Positions 44,381-53,842 of a stretch of 64,000 nucleotides of DNA are shown in pieces. The stretch lies in contig JASGJT010000001.1 in the NCBI GenBank assembly GCA_047601105.1, forward strand, positions 492,879 through 556,878, in the 5' to 3' direction. Position 1 is the stretch's first letter. Each line of letters begins with the position of its first letter. Under the pieces are notes generated by a model. It searched no databases, was not told the origin of the DNA, and saw only the letters and a program-made list of their open reading frames with translations. Source of the DNA: Pseudoxanthomonas sp. Lineage in GTDB: Bacteria > Pseudomonadota > Gammaproteobacteria > Xanthomonadales > Xanthomonadaceae. The position numbers and the translations under genes are program-made.

Positions 44381-47300
44381 GCTGCGCCCTGTTCGCGCGC
44401 AATGCGTTCTGTTTCGGCGATGAGTAGCGCCGGATGCAGGTCGAACTGGTCACTGAGCAGCAGTTCGCGTGCCGGCTCCTGCACTTCGATGCGTTCGGCC
44501 TGCAGCAGGTCGCCATCGCGGAACAGCTCGATGTAGCTGTCCAGCACGCCGCTGAGCGTGCCCTGTGCAGTATCCGGCGCGGCCAGCACCAATTGCAGCC
44601 CCAGCGAACGCAGATAGTTGGTGGTGGCGCGTGCGTTCTGCGCATCGATCTTGTCGCCGAATTCGTCCAGCAGGATCAGGCCCAGCCCACCCGGATGCGC
44701 TTCGCTCTTGCCGTAGGCGGCAGCCAGCGCCGCGCCGGCAATCACGTACAACGGCGCACGATGCTCTCCACCGGAACCCGAACGCATGCGCTCGCTCAAG
44801 GTGCCGATCACGCGATCTTCCTGCTTGATCTGCACCTCGAAGCGGAAGAAGCGCCGGTAATCATCCAGCGGTGAAGTCGCGGTGCGCGCGCTGGTGCTGT
44901 CTTCGATCAACTCGCGAAACGCTGCCGGCACCTCGCCGGCGCTGCCGAACAGGTTGTCCTCGCCACCAAGATCGGCGGCACGCTGGATGAAACGATGCAG
45001 GTCGCGGAAATTCGCCAGCACTTCGTAATGGAACTGGTAGCGCTCGTTGTTGGAGAACGCCGGACTGCTGCGCAAGGTGCGGTTGAGCGTGGCGATCTGC
45101 CGCTTGAGGTGATCAAAATTGTCGTACAGCGTGGAGGCGACGTTGGCGCGGAAGGTTTCCACCGCCGTGGCATAGGCCTGGTCGGCATCGGCCTTGTAGC
45201 GCACCAGTTCGGCGTCGCGTAGGTGGGCCAACCTCTTTTGTAGCAACGCGCGTGCCACCCGCCATTGGTCGGCGGAAAATTCCAAACGAAAATCACTATC
45301 GTCCTTGGCGTACTGCGACAAGGCGCTCCAGGCTTCGGGCAGCAGGCCGGCCAACTGTTTGTCGCTGTCGCGGGCGCGTTCTTCGCAACGCTTGCTACGT
45401 TCTTCCAATGCGGGGAACTTCGCATCGAGTTCGTCGCGCTGGCGTTCGACCCGGTTCGGATCCACATCCGCATCGGCGAAGGCTTCCACTGCACGGCGGG
45501 CAACGATGTCTTCCTGTGCGCGCAATGCTTCCAGCAGGCGCTTCGTCGTGGTGACGTTGTTGCCGGCTTCGCGTTCATCACCGACCAGACCTTCAATGCG
45601 TTTTTCGCAAGCGCCGAGTTGCTCGCCCAGTTCGCGTACCTGCTCGCTCAGGCGCAACAAATCCGGGTCCTGCGATGCGGCGTGGCCTTGTTGTTCGTTG
45701 CGATAGCGTTGCTCGACCTGATGATGTTCCAGCGCGCGGTCATGCAGCGATTGCGCCATTTCCGCCGGCTGCGCCAGTCGTGCCAGTCCGCGCTGGCAGG
45801 CATCGGCGCGTTCGACCTCCGGTTTCAATTTGCGCAGGTCGGTTTCCGCCGCGTCGATTTCCTCGCGCAGCACACGCGAACGCGCACGGTTGTCGCTTGC
45901 GCCGATCTTCAGGTCAGTTGCTGCCGGCAGGCGCAGGCGTTCGATGCTGCCGCCTTTCGCCAGCAGGCCGTCGCGGGTCAGGCCCTGGCGGCTGCGGATC
46001 AGTTCGGCCTCGGTATCCACGCAACGCAATTCACCCAGTTGCCGGCGCAGGAAGGCCAGCGCCTCGGCATTGTCGCCTTGCAGCAGCGCGGCCACACTGT
46101 CGCTGGCAGGTGCCGCATTGCGTGCACTGCGTGCGTGGCTGCCCAGCGCCAATTTGATGCCATAGACCGAGCGCCCGGCCTGCAGCGAGCGGTACAGTTT
46201 GACCGCGCGTTCTTCGTCTTTCTCCGCGATCAACAGCGCTTCGACATTGCTGCGCAGATAGGCTTCGATGGCCGGTTGCCACGATGCGTCCTTGATCCGC
46301 ACCAGATCGCAGACCGGTTGTGCGGTGATGCCTTCATCGGCCAGATAGTTCATCAAGCGCACTGCATCGGGATTCAGCTCGGCTTGTCCAGCGGCGAGAC
46401 GCTTCTGGTTGTCGCGTGCAATTCTCAGGCGGTCGTTGGCTTTTTCCAGCGCCGCGTGGCGCTCACGCGAATGGCCGTTGATCGCATCCAGCAGCGGCGT
46501 GGCAGCAGCCAAGGCGGTTTGCGCTTGTGCATGCAGTTGTTCCGGTGCCCACGGCAGCGCAGCATCACCGGGCAGTGCGGCCAGCACCTCATACCAGTCG
46601 TTCCATGCCGATTGTGCCTTCGCCAGCGCGTTGGCATCAACGGTGGGCAGGCCGAGCTTACCCAGTGCCTGCCATTGTGCGTACACGGTGGAGACTTCGC
46701 GCAGCAGTTCGGTTTTTAGTTTTGCCAACTGCTCGCGGTCGCGTCCGGCCAGTTCGTCGAAGCGCGCTTGTTCGCCATAGCCCTGGCTGCCTTGCTGGCG
46801 CGCTTTTGCGCGCTCGTGTTCCTCGCGCAGCAGGTCGCGTTCGCTGCGTGCTTCGGCCAGGGTTCGCTGGGTGGCGGCCAGTTTGTTCTCGGTGTCGTGC
46901 TGTTCGCCTTCGGCACGCTCGACCTGTTCGCCCAGCAGATCACGCGCATATTCGGCAGCCAGCGCGCGGTACGAGGCCGCGCGTACCGCATGTTTGGAAA
47001 TATCGGCATAACGACGCTCGACGCCATCGGCGGCATTGATGCGCTGTTCGACCTGTTCAATCCTTTCCTTGAACTGGCGGAAACTCTCCAGCAACGCACG
47101 GAAGCGGGCGACATCGGTCGGTCGATCTTCGGCCACCAAAGTGCGCACCCATAGGTCAACATCATCTTGCTTCTGCAAGTTCAATGCGTTCTGGAAAGCC
47201 TTGCGATAAGCGTTGATATCCGGGTGGATGTTCGGCGCAGCGCGAAGGCGCAGCAGCAAATCCTTGACGAAGCGCTCGCTGGCGGCGTGCAGTTCCGGCT

Positions 47301-47808
47301 TGGTACCGGCTTCGCGGCAGCGGCGCGCGATCAGCTCCTTGAACGAGGCCCAGACCAACGGCAGCTCCTTGCCCTTGATCCGCTCGATGTGGTCTTCCAA
47401 TTCCAGCGCCACACCCGGCAGCAGGTACAGGCCATGCAGGCGGTGATCCGGCTCGTCCACCGAGGCGCCCAACGCAATGCCGGCGGTCAGCGGCACGCCG
47501 CTTTCTTCGTCGCGGAACACCAGGCTGATGTAGGTGGTTGCGGTGCGGCGCTTGCTGCCTTCATCGCCGCTGCGGAACACGCCCAGACAGTAATCGCGGA
47601 TGCTGCGTGCGCGGGCACTGCCGCCGGCCTGTGCGTTGAAGCGGATACGGCTGCGGTCGCCGCCCAGCAGCACGATCTGCAGGGCATCCAGCAATGCACT
47701 TTTCCCCGCACCATTGGGCGCGATGATCGCGCTGGTGGCATCCAGTTGCAGGGTTTGTGACTCGAACAGGAAGAACTGCACCAGGTGCACGCGCTCAAGC
47801 AGTTGCAT
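44377..47808 (-). CDS. jetC: Wadjet JetC (SMC/MukB-like ATPase)
   Basis: Walker A APNGAGKS, long coiled coils, SGGE signature, Walker B LILLDEF; GGAGG RBS 6 nt before ATG 47808. Confidence 0.92.
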   Translation of the reverse strand: MQLLERVHLVQFFLFESQTLQLDATSAIIAPNGAGKSALLDALQIVLLGGDRSRIRFNAQAGGSARARSIRDYCLGVFRSGDEGSKRRTATTYISLVFRDEESGVPLTAGIALGASVDEPDHRLHGLYLLPGVALELEDHIERIKGKELPLVWASFKELIARRCREAGTKPELHAASERFVKDLLLRLRAAPNIHPDINAYRKAFQNALNLQKQDDVDLWVRTLVAEDRPTDVARFRALLESFRQFKERIEQVEQRINAADGVERRYADISKHAVRAASYRALAAEYARDLLGEQVERAEGEQHDTENKLAATQRTLAEARSERDLLREEHERAKARQQGSQGYGEQARFDELAGRDREQLAKLKTELLREVSTVYAQWQALGKLGLPTVDANALAKAQSAWNDWYEVLAALPGDAALPWAPEQLHAQAQTALAAATPLLDAINGHSRERHAALEKANDRLRIARDNQKRLAAGQAELNPDAVRLMNYLADEGITAQPVCDLVRIKDASWQPAIEAYLRSNVEALLIAEKDEERAVKLYRSLQAGRSVYGIKLALGSHARSARNAAPASDSVAALLQGDNAEALAFLRRQLGELRCVDTEAELIRSRQGLTRDGLLAKGGSIERLRLPAATDLKIGASDNRARSRVLREEIDAAETDLRKLKPEVERADACQRGLARLAQPAEMAQSLHDRALEHHQVEQRYRNEQQGHAASQDPDLLRLSEQVRELGEQLGACEKRIEGLVGDEREAGNNVTTTKRLLEALRAQEDIVARRAVEAFADADVDPNRVERQRDELDAKFPALEERSKRCEERARDSDKQLAGLLPEAWSALSQYAKDDSDFRLEFSADQWRVARALLQKRLAHLRDAELVRYKADADQAYATAVETFRANVASTLYDNFDHLKRQIATLNRTLRSSPAFSNNERYQFHYEVLANFRDLHRFIQRAADLGGEDNLFGSAGEVPAAFRELIEDSTSARTATSPLDDYRRFFRFEVQIKQEDRVIGTLSERMRSGSGGEHRAPLYVIAGAALAAAYGKSEAHPGGLGLILLDEFGDKIDAQNARATTNYLRSLGLQLVLAAPDTAQGTLSGVLDSYIELFRDGDLLQAERIEVQEPARELLLSDQFDLHPALLIAETERIAREQGAA

Positions 47809-48428
47809 CTTCGTCCTCCATGGCATCGTCTTCGCTGTCGTTCGTCCTGCAGGTTGTGCTGGTCAAGACGTTGCAACCATTGTTCGCCGACGATATCGAC
47901 GATGGCCGGACGCACGCGCAGGTGGAACGGCTGCAGCTCGTCGGCTTCGCCTTCTACCAGTCGGCACGTGCCCCAGCGTTTGAGCGTGCGCGCAAGCTCG
48001 CGCAACATGCCGACTTCGGGCATCGGCCGCCCGGCCAGTGCGGGATAGGCTTCCTGCAAGTCCGGCAGCTCCACCACCACCTCGCCGTGGTCCTCGACCT
48101 GGCCCTGGCGCATCGCCTCGTCATAGCGCTGGCGCAGGATCAGCAACAGCAGGGTTTCCTGCAGGCTCACCGGCGTGCCTTCGCCGTGGGCCGGCAGGGC
48201 GATGACGTAGCGATGCTGGGCGTTGCGCTCCAGGCGCATGCCCAGCGGTTCCAGCGCGGCGGCGAAATCGCCGAGAAATTCCTCGACCAGGTTGTAGGCC
48301 GTGCGCGCGTTGCGGTCGGCGTGGTAGAGCACCTGTTCGACGACCAGCCGATACGCAGCGCGCTCGAAATCCTGCACGGTGTAGATGCCATTGGACAGTT
48401 GGCTCAAGGTATTCCAGCTGCGTTTCAT
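47795..48428 (-). CDS. jetB: Wadjet JetB (DUF4194/MksE-like), with an apparent +1 frameshift near the 3' end
   Basis: FERAAYRLVVEQVLY, ETLLLLILRQRYDE, HLRVRPAIVDIV; ATGA overlap with jetA. As written the ORF runs to 47487; the likely native end DSEDDAMEDEDATA* (TGA 47795-47797) lies in the shifted frame. Confidence 0.8.
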
Positions 48429-49873
48429 GCGGTTTTCCGTTGCGATGGCGCAAGGCGATGGATGACGAAGCGCGGTGCGCGCAGGTAGCCGTTGTCGGTG
48501 GCTTCGCTGGCATCGGTCAACTCGACGCGGAACCCGCGCAGCAGGCGACCCAGCGGGTCGTCACGGCGCAGGCCACCGATGCGATGGCTGCGCAGCGCCA
48601 GGGTCAGCAAGGCCTGGTAGGCACGCAGGTCTTCGATGGAGGCGATGCCGAGGCGTTCCGAATCAAGACTGCCGCTGGCCGGCAAATGGCGGCCAACGTA
48701 GCGGGCCATGTCCTCGGCGGTGACCAGACGTGCGCGCTTCATCCGCCGCAACAACGACAGCCGCGCCAGTTGTTCCGGCGTGGGCGGCTGCACGATGTTG
48801 GCGCTGCGCGGGATCGGCTGCGGCTTGCGCCGTGGCGAGCGCAGTTGCGATTCGTCCATCAACGCATCCGGCGCAACCGGCAGGCGCAGTTCGTCTTCCA
48901 GTGCAGTCATTGCGCCGGCAATGGCGCGTCTCAACAACACGTCCAGCTTGTCCGGCGCGCGCAAACGGTAATCGAGAAAGGCCAGAGCGCGGCGATTGGC
49001 CTGGCGGATGTCGTCATCCAGCCGGCCGAGGTATTCGTCGATGCGTTCCAGTTCGCGCAGGCGGCGCAGGCTGCGCTGCAGGCGTACGTCGGCGCGTTCG
49101 CCATCGCCGCCGGTGACGTGCTCGCGATACCAGTCCAGCACGCCATCGCGCAGTGCGGTGGTTTCGACCTGCTGCGCCATCGACAGGATCGAACTGCGCC
49201 GCGCCAACGGATGGTCGGCCTTGTGCAGGTCCGCATAGTCGCCGATGAAGAACTGGCCGACATAACGTTCGAACCACTGCCGGGCGAACTGCGCGGTCGT
49301 CTCGGCCTTGCTCAGCTCCGGCATCAGATCGCGCACTTGCAGGCTCATCGACGACAGCGATACCAGCAAGCGCCGCGCCTCATCGGCCGCCTTGTCCAGC
49401 ATATCTCCTGATGCCTTCCCTTCGATCACCTGCTGCAACTGCAACTCGATAGTGCGCACACTTGAAGCCACGAAACTCGGAGGATGCTCAGCGAATTCAA
49501 TCAAGGTGGACAGCAATGTATGTACCGCCGGCACCATCGACACCATTTCGCGCGCACCGACCTTTTCCTGGCGCAACCAGCCAGCCTGGCGAAAGCGGTC
49601 GTGGATGTTGTTGGCGCGCGTGACCAACGGCGTGTCCGGGGTTTGCCCTTCCTCGTCCTCCCACGGGTCATCGCTCAGCAGGTAGCGCTCAATGGCCGCG
49701 ACGATCTCGCGCCGGGCGAAGCCGTGGCTGGGCGGCAAGGGCGCATCCGGGCCGAAGAATTCATCGAACAGCCGGCACAACAGCAACCAGTAATGCGCAC
49801 GATTGGCCGAGGCCAATGGCCCGAACAAGCCTGACGGCACGACCGAAAACAACGGCGGCGGCGTGGTGGTCAA
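48425..49873 (-). CDS. jetA: Wadjet JetA (kleisin/MksF-like)
   Basis: First gene of a four-gene overlapping operon ending in SMC and Toprim genes; LFSVVPSGLFGPLAS N-terminus, LRQAGWL winged-helix-like segment; TTG start. Confidence 0.8.
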   Translation of the reverse strand: MTTTPPPLFSVVPSGLFGPLASANRAHYWLLLCRLFDEFFGPDAPLPPSHGFARREIVAAIERYLLSDDPWEDEEGQTPDTPLVTRANNIHDRFRQAGWLRQEKVGAREMVSMVPAVHTLLSTLIEFAEHPPSFVASSVRTIELQLQQVIEGKASGDMLDKAADEARRLLVSLSSMSLQVRDLMPELSKAETTAQFARQWFERYVGQFFIGDYADLHKADHPLARRSSILSMAQQVETTALRDGVLDWYREHVTGGDGERADVRLQRSLRRLRELERIDEYLGRLDDDIRQANRRALAFLDYRLRAPDKLDVLLRRAIAGAMTALEDELRLPVAPDALMDESQLRSPRRKPQPIPRSANIVQPPTPEQLARLSLLRRMKRARLVTAEDMARYVGRHLPASGSLDSERLGIASIEDLRAYQALLTLALRSHRIGGLRRDDPLGRLLRGFRVELTDASEATDNGYLRAPRFVIHRLAPSQRKTA

Positions 49874-50104
49874 GCGTTTTTCCGTTGGTAATGGTTGCGG
49901 GAGGAAGTGGCCATTTTCACAAATTGGCCGAAGCCTGTCTCACGGGTTGAGACGGGCATTGGCCGAGGCGTGAAAAGATGGAAGCGCATCCGCATTGTCG
50001 GTGCCCGCCTGACATATGGCGAGGTGTGACAGCAGAGTGGGCGGAACGGAGCTCGTGGTGTGCTAGATTGGCAACGGCTTCCGCTGTGTGCAGCCCCTGC
50101 GACC

Positions 50105-50326
50105 ATGACCACTTCAATCATCACCCTGGATTCCGGCAAGCGCGGTGGGCGTCCGTGCATCCGCAACCTGCGCATCAGCGTATACGACGTGCTGGACATG
50201 TTGGCCGAAGGCATGGGCGAAGCGGAAATCCTCGAAGATTTTCCGGAACTCACTTCGGCAGACATTCGCGCCTGCCTGGCTTTCGCCGCTGATCGCGAAC
50301 ACAGCCTGTACACCTTGGCAATATGA
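50105..50326 (+). CDS. DUF433 family protein (putative antitoxin)
   Basis: GKRGGRPCIRNLRISVYDVLDMLAEG...EILEDFPELTSADIRACLAFAA. Confidence 0.9.
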   Translation: MTTSIITLDSGKRGGRPCIRNLRISVYDVLDMLAEGMGEAEILEDFPELTSADIRACLAFAADREHSLYTLAI

Positions 50327-50667
50327 TGAAACTGCTGCTCGACGAAAACCTGTCGAGGCGCATCGTTCCGTTCCTGCAAGCTGTGTATCCCGGTTCGTCG
50401 CAGGTAGTGCTGGCCGGGCTGGAAAGCGCATCGGATGCGGACGTGTGGCAGTACGCGAAGGACAACGGCTTTGTCATCGTCAGCCGCGATTCGGATTTTC
50501 ACGAGCGTTCGCTGGTACACGGGCATCCGCCGCAGGTCATCTGGCTGAAAATCCCCAATCGTTCCAAGACGGTAGTGCTGAACCTGCTGGTCGAGGAATG
50601 CAATGCCATCGAACAGGCGCTGGCGCAACCAGACATGGCCTGTCTGGAACTGACCTTGGGCAAGTAG
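50323..50667 (+). CDS. DUF5615 PIN-like protein (putative toxin)
   Basis: KLLLDENLS, SDADVWQYA, IVSRDSDF, PPQVIWL; ATGA overlap with DUF433. Confidence 0.88.
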   Translation: MMKLLLDENLSRRIVPFLQAVYPGSSQVVLAGLESASDADVWQYAKDNGFVIVSRDSDFHERSLVHGHPPQVIWLKIPNRSKTVVLNLLVEECNAIEQALAQPDMACLELTLGK

Positions 50668-50695
50668 CGGCGACGCCTGCTACCGGGATCACACC

Positions 50696-53600
50696 CTACC
50701 GCTGCTCATCCGCCTTCACCCGGAACCACGCCGCGTACAGCGCCGGCAGGAACAGCAAGGTCAGCGCGGTGGCGATGAACAGACCGCCCATGATCGCCAC
50801 GGCCATGCTGCCGTAGAAGGCGCTGCGCGACAGCGGGATCATCGCCAGGATCGCCGCCAATGCGGTCAGCACGATCGGGCGGAAGCGGCGCACGGTGGCG
50901 TCGATGATCGCGTGCCAGCGGTCGTGGCCGGCGTCGATGTCCTGCTGGATCTGATCGACCAGAATCACCGAGTTGCGCATCACCATGCCGGCCAATGCAA
51001 TGGTGCCGAGCATCGCGACGAAGCCGAACGGCATCCTGAAAATCAGTAATGCCAAGGTCACTCCGATCAGGCCCAACGGCGCAGTCAGCAACACCAATGC
51101 GGTGCGCGAGAAGCTGCGCAATTGCAGCATCAGCAAGGTAACCACTGCCAGCAGGAACAACGGCATGCCGGCCTTGATCGAATCCTGCCCGCGTGCCGAA
51201 TCCTCGATGGAACCGCCGACTTCCAGCAGGTAACCCTGCGGCAGGTTGGCGCGAATTTCCTCCAGCGTCGGCAATATCTGCGCGGTCACCGTGGCCGGGG
51301 TGAGATCATCGCGAATGTCGGCGCGCGCGATCACCGACGGCAGTCGGTCGCGGTGCCAGATCACGCCATCCTCGAAGGTGTATTGCAGCCGCGCCACCTG
51401 CGACAGCGGCACGCTGCCGTTGACAGTGGGCACGGCCAGGCTGCCGAGCAATTCAAGATGCGTGCGTTCGTCATCCGGACCACGCAGCAGCATTTCGATC
51501 AGTTCGTTGTCTTCGCGATAGGTGCTGACGCGCAGGCCCGACAACGAACTGGTCAGCAAGTTGGCGATGTCGCTGCTGCTGACGCCCAGCGCGCGTGCGC
51601 GTTCCTGGTCGATGTCCAGCCGCACCACCTTGCTCGGCTCGCTCCAGTCCAGGTTGACGTTGGTCACATGCGGGTTGGCGCGGATTTTTTCCGCGGCCTG
51701 GCGGGCGATGGCCTGCACTTGCGCGATGTGTTCGCCGGAGATGCGGAACTGCACCGGATAGCCGACCGGCGGGCCGTTTTCCAGCCGGGTCACGCGCAGT
51801 TGCAGTTCCGGGAATTGTGGCGTCACTTCGTCGATCAGCCATTCGCGCAATGCTTCGCGCGCGTGCAGGTCTTTTGTCAGCACCACGAACTGGCTGAAAT
51901 TGGTCTGCGGCAATTGCTGGTCCAGTGGCAGGTAGAAGCGTGGCGAGCCGGTGCCGATGTAGGCGACGTAATTTTCGATGCCGTCGCGGTCCTTCAGCAT
52001 CGCTTCGAGCTTGCGTGCCTGCGCTTCGGTGGCGCGCAGCGAGGCGCCTTCGGCCAGCTCGATATCGACCATCAATTCCGGCCGGGTCGAATCCGGGAAG
52101 AACTGCTGCGGGACGAAACGGAACAGGAAGATCGAGCCGACGAAAGCTACCGCGGTGATACCGATCACCAGCCAGCGATGACGCAGGCTGGATTCCAGCA
52201 ACGTGCGGAAGCGGCGATAGAACGGCTTCTGGTAAGGGTCGTGTGCATGTGCCTGCTCGTGCGCGGCCGGTGCAATCCAGCCGGCGAAGGCGGGAAAACG
52301 ATCCGCCAGGCGCGCGCGCCACGAACCGGGCTTCGGCGCCTTCGGCGGCAAATGCAGATCCGGCAGCATCTTGTCGCCCAGGTACGGGATGAACAACACC
52401 GCCGCGATCCACGACACGCACAAGGCAATCGTCACCACCTGGAACAGCGAGCGCGTGTATTCGCCGGTACTCGACGCGGCGGTGGCAATCGGCAGGAAAC
52501 CGGCAGCGGTGATCAGCGTGCCGGTCAACATCGGGAAGGCGGTGCTCTGCCAGGCGAAGCTGGCGGCTCGCAGGCGATCGAAACCCTGTTCCATCTTTAT
52601 CGCCATCATCTCCACCGCGATGATCGCGTCATCGACCAGCAGGCCCAGCGCCAGCACCAGTGCACCGAGTGAGATCTTGTGCAGGCCGATGTCGAAGTAG
52701 TGCATCGTGGCGAAAGTCATCGCCAGCACCAGCGGGATGCTCACCGCCACCACCAGCCCGGTGCGCAGGCCCAGCGAGAAGAAGCTGACCAGCAGCACGA
52801 TGACGACGGCTTCGGTCAGGGTCCTGACGAATTCGCCGACCGATTCGCGCACCGCATGCGGCTGGTCGGAGACCTTGCGCAATTCCATGCCCGCCGGCAG
52901 CGTCTGTTGCAGGCGCTGGAATTCGCTTTCCAGCGCATCGCCCAAGCGGATGATGTCGCCGCCGTCCTGCATCGCCACTGCAATGCCGATGGCGTCCTCG
53001 CCCATGAAGCGCATGCGTGGCTGCGCCGGGTCGGCAAAGCCGCGCTTGATCGTGGCGATGTCGCCCAGCTTGAAGCTGTGCCCGTTGGCGCGGATCGGGA
53101 AATCGCGGATGTCCTCCACCGTTTGCAATTGCCCGCTCACGCGCAACTGCACGCGCTCGCCGGGCGTTTCGAAGAAACCGGCCGAGGCCAGCGCATTCTG
53201 CTGCTGCAAGGCCTGCTGTACGCTCACCATCGACACGCCCAGCGTGGCCAGCTTGGTGTTGGACAGTTCGATCCAGATCTTCTCGTCCTGCAGGCCGATC
53301 AGATCGACCTTGCCGACGTCATCAACGCGCTGCAATTGCAACTGGATGCGGTCGGCGTAGTCCTTCATCACCGCGTAATCGAAGCCAGGTGCGGTCAGCG
53401 CGTAGATATTGCCGAAGGTGTCGCCGAATTCATCGTTGAAATACGGCCCATACACGCCGTCGGGCAGGCTGGCGCGGATGTCGCCGACGCGCTTGCGCAG
53501 TTGGTACCAGAGTTCCGGCACGTCCTTCGATTTCATCGAATCGCGTGCCATGAAGATCACCTGCGATTCGCCGGGACGCGAGTACGAGCGGATGAACTCG

Positions 53601-53839
53601 TATTCGCCGGTGCTCATCAGCGCCTTTTCCACGCGCTCGGTGACCTGGCGCGAGACTTCCTGCGCGGTCGCGCCCGGCCACACCGTGCGCACCACCATCG
53701 CGCGGAAGGTGAACGGCGGGTCTTCGGACTGGCCGAGGTGGCGATACGACCACGCGCCGACCAAGCCCAGCACAATCATCGCGTACAGCACCAGGCTGCG
53801 GTGGGTCAGTGCCCATTCGGAGAGGTTGAAGCGGCGCAT
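50696..53839 (-). CDS. RND efflux permease (AcrB/AcrD/AcrF family)
   Basis: 1047 aa; QSEDPPFT, LGLLVDDAIIAVE, RNSVILVD, RFRPIVLT motifs. Confidence 0.95.
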   Translation of the reverse strand: MRRFNLSEWALTHRSLVLYAMIVLGLVGAWSYRHLGQSEDPPFTFRAMVVRTVWPGATAQEVSRQVTERVEKALMSTGEYEFIRSYSRPGESQVIFMARDSMKSKDVPELWYQLRKRVGDIRASLPDGVYGPYFNDEFGDTFGNIYALTAPGFDYAVMKDYADRIQLQLQRVDDVGKVDLIGLQDEKIWIELSNTKLATLGVSMVSVQQALQQQNALASAGFFETPGERVQLRVSGQLQTVEDIRDFPIRANGHSFKLGDIATIKRGFADPAQPRMRFMGEDAIGIAVAMQDGGDIIRLGDALESEFQRLQQTLPAGMELRKVSDQPHAVRESVGEFVRTLTEAVVIVLLVSFFSLGLRTGLVVAVSIPLVLAMTFATMHYFDIGLHKISLGALVLALGLLVDDAIIAVEMMAIKMEQGFDRLRAASFAWQSTAFPMLTGTLITAAGFLPIATAASSTGEYTRSLFQVVTIALCVSWIAAVLFIPYLGDKMLPDLHLPPKAPKPGSWRARLADRFPAFAGWIAPAAHEQAHAHDPYQKPFYRRFRTLLESSLRHRWLVIGITAVAFVGSIFLFRFVPQQFFPDSTRPELMVDIELAEGASLRATEAQARKLEAMLKDRDGIENYVAYIGTGSPRFYLPLDQQLPQTNFSQFVVLTKDLHAREALREWLIDEVTPQFPELQLRVTRLENGPPVGYPVQFRISGEHIAQVQAIARQAAEKIRANPHVTNVNLDWSEPSKVVRLDIDQERARALGVSSSDIANLLTSSLSGLRVSTYREDNELIEMLLRGPDDERTHLELLGSLAVPTVNGSVPLSQVARLQYTFEDGVIWHRDRLPSVIARADIRDDLTPATVTAQILPTLEEIRANLPQGYLLEVGGSIEDSARGQDSIKAGMPLFLLAVVTLLMLQLRSFSRTALVLLTAPLGLIGVTLALLIFRMPFGFVAMLGTIALAGMVMRNSVILVDQIQQDIDAGHDRWHAIIDATVRRFRPIVLTALAAILAMIPLSRSAFYGSMAVAIMGGLFIATALTLLFLPALYAAWFRVKADEQR

Positions 53840-53842
53840 GGC

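Noticed and set aside
44377-47808. Housekeeping MukB or SbcC
   Set aside because: The four-gene context with a Toprim gene and DUF4194-like partner fits Wadjet; there is no SbcD nuclease, and the protein is shorter than MukB.
40083-50695. Prophage or integrative element boundaries
   Set aside because: No integrase, transposase, tRNA or direct-repeat att sites were seen by eye.
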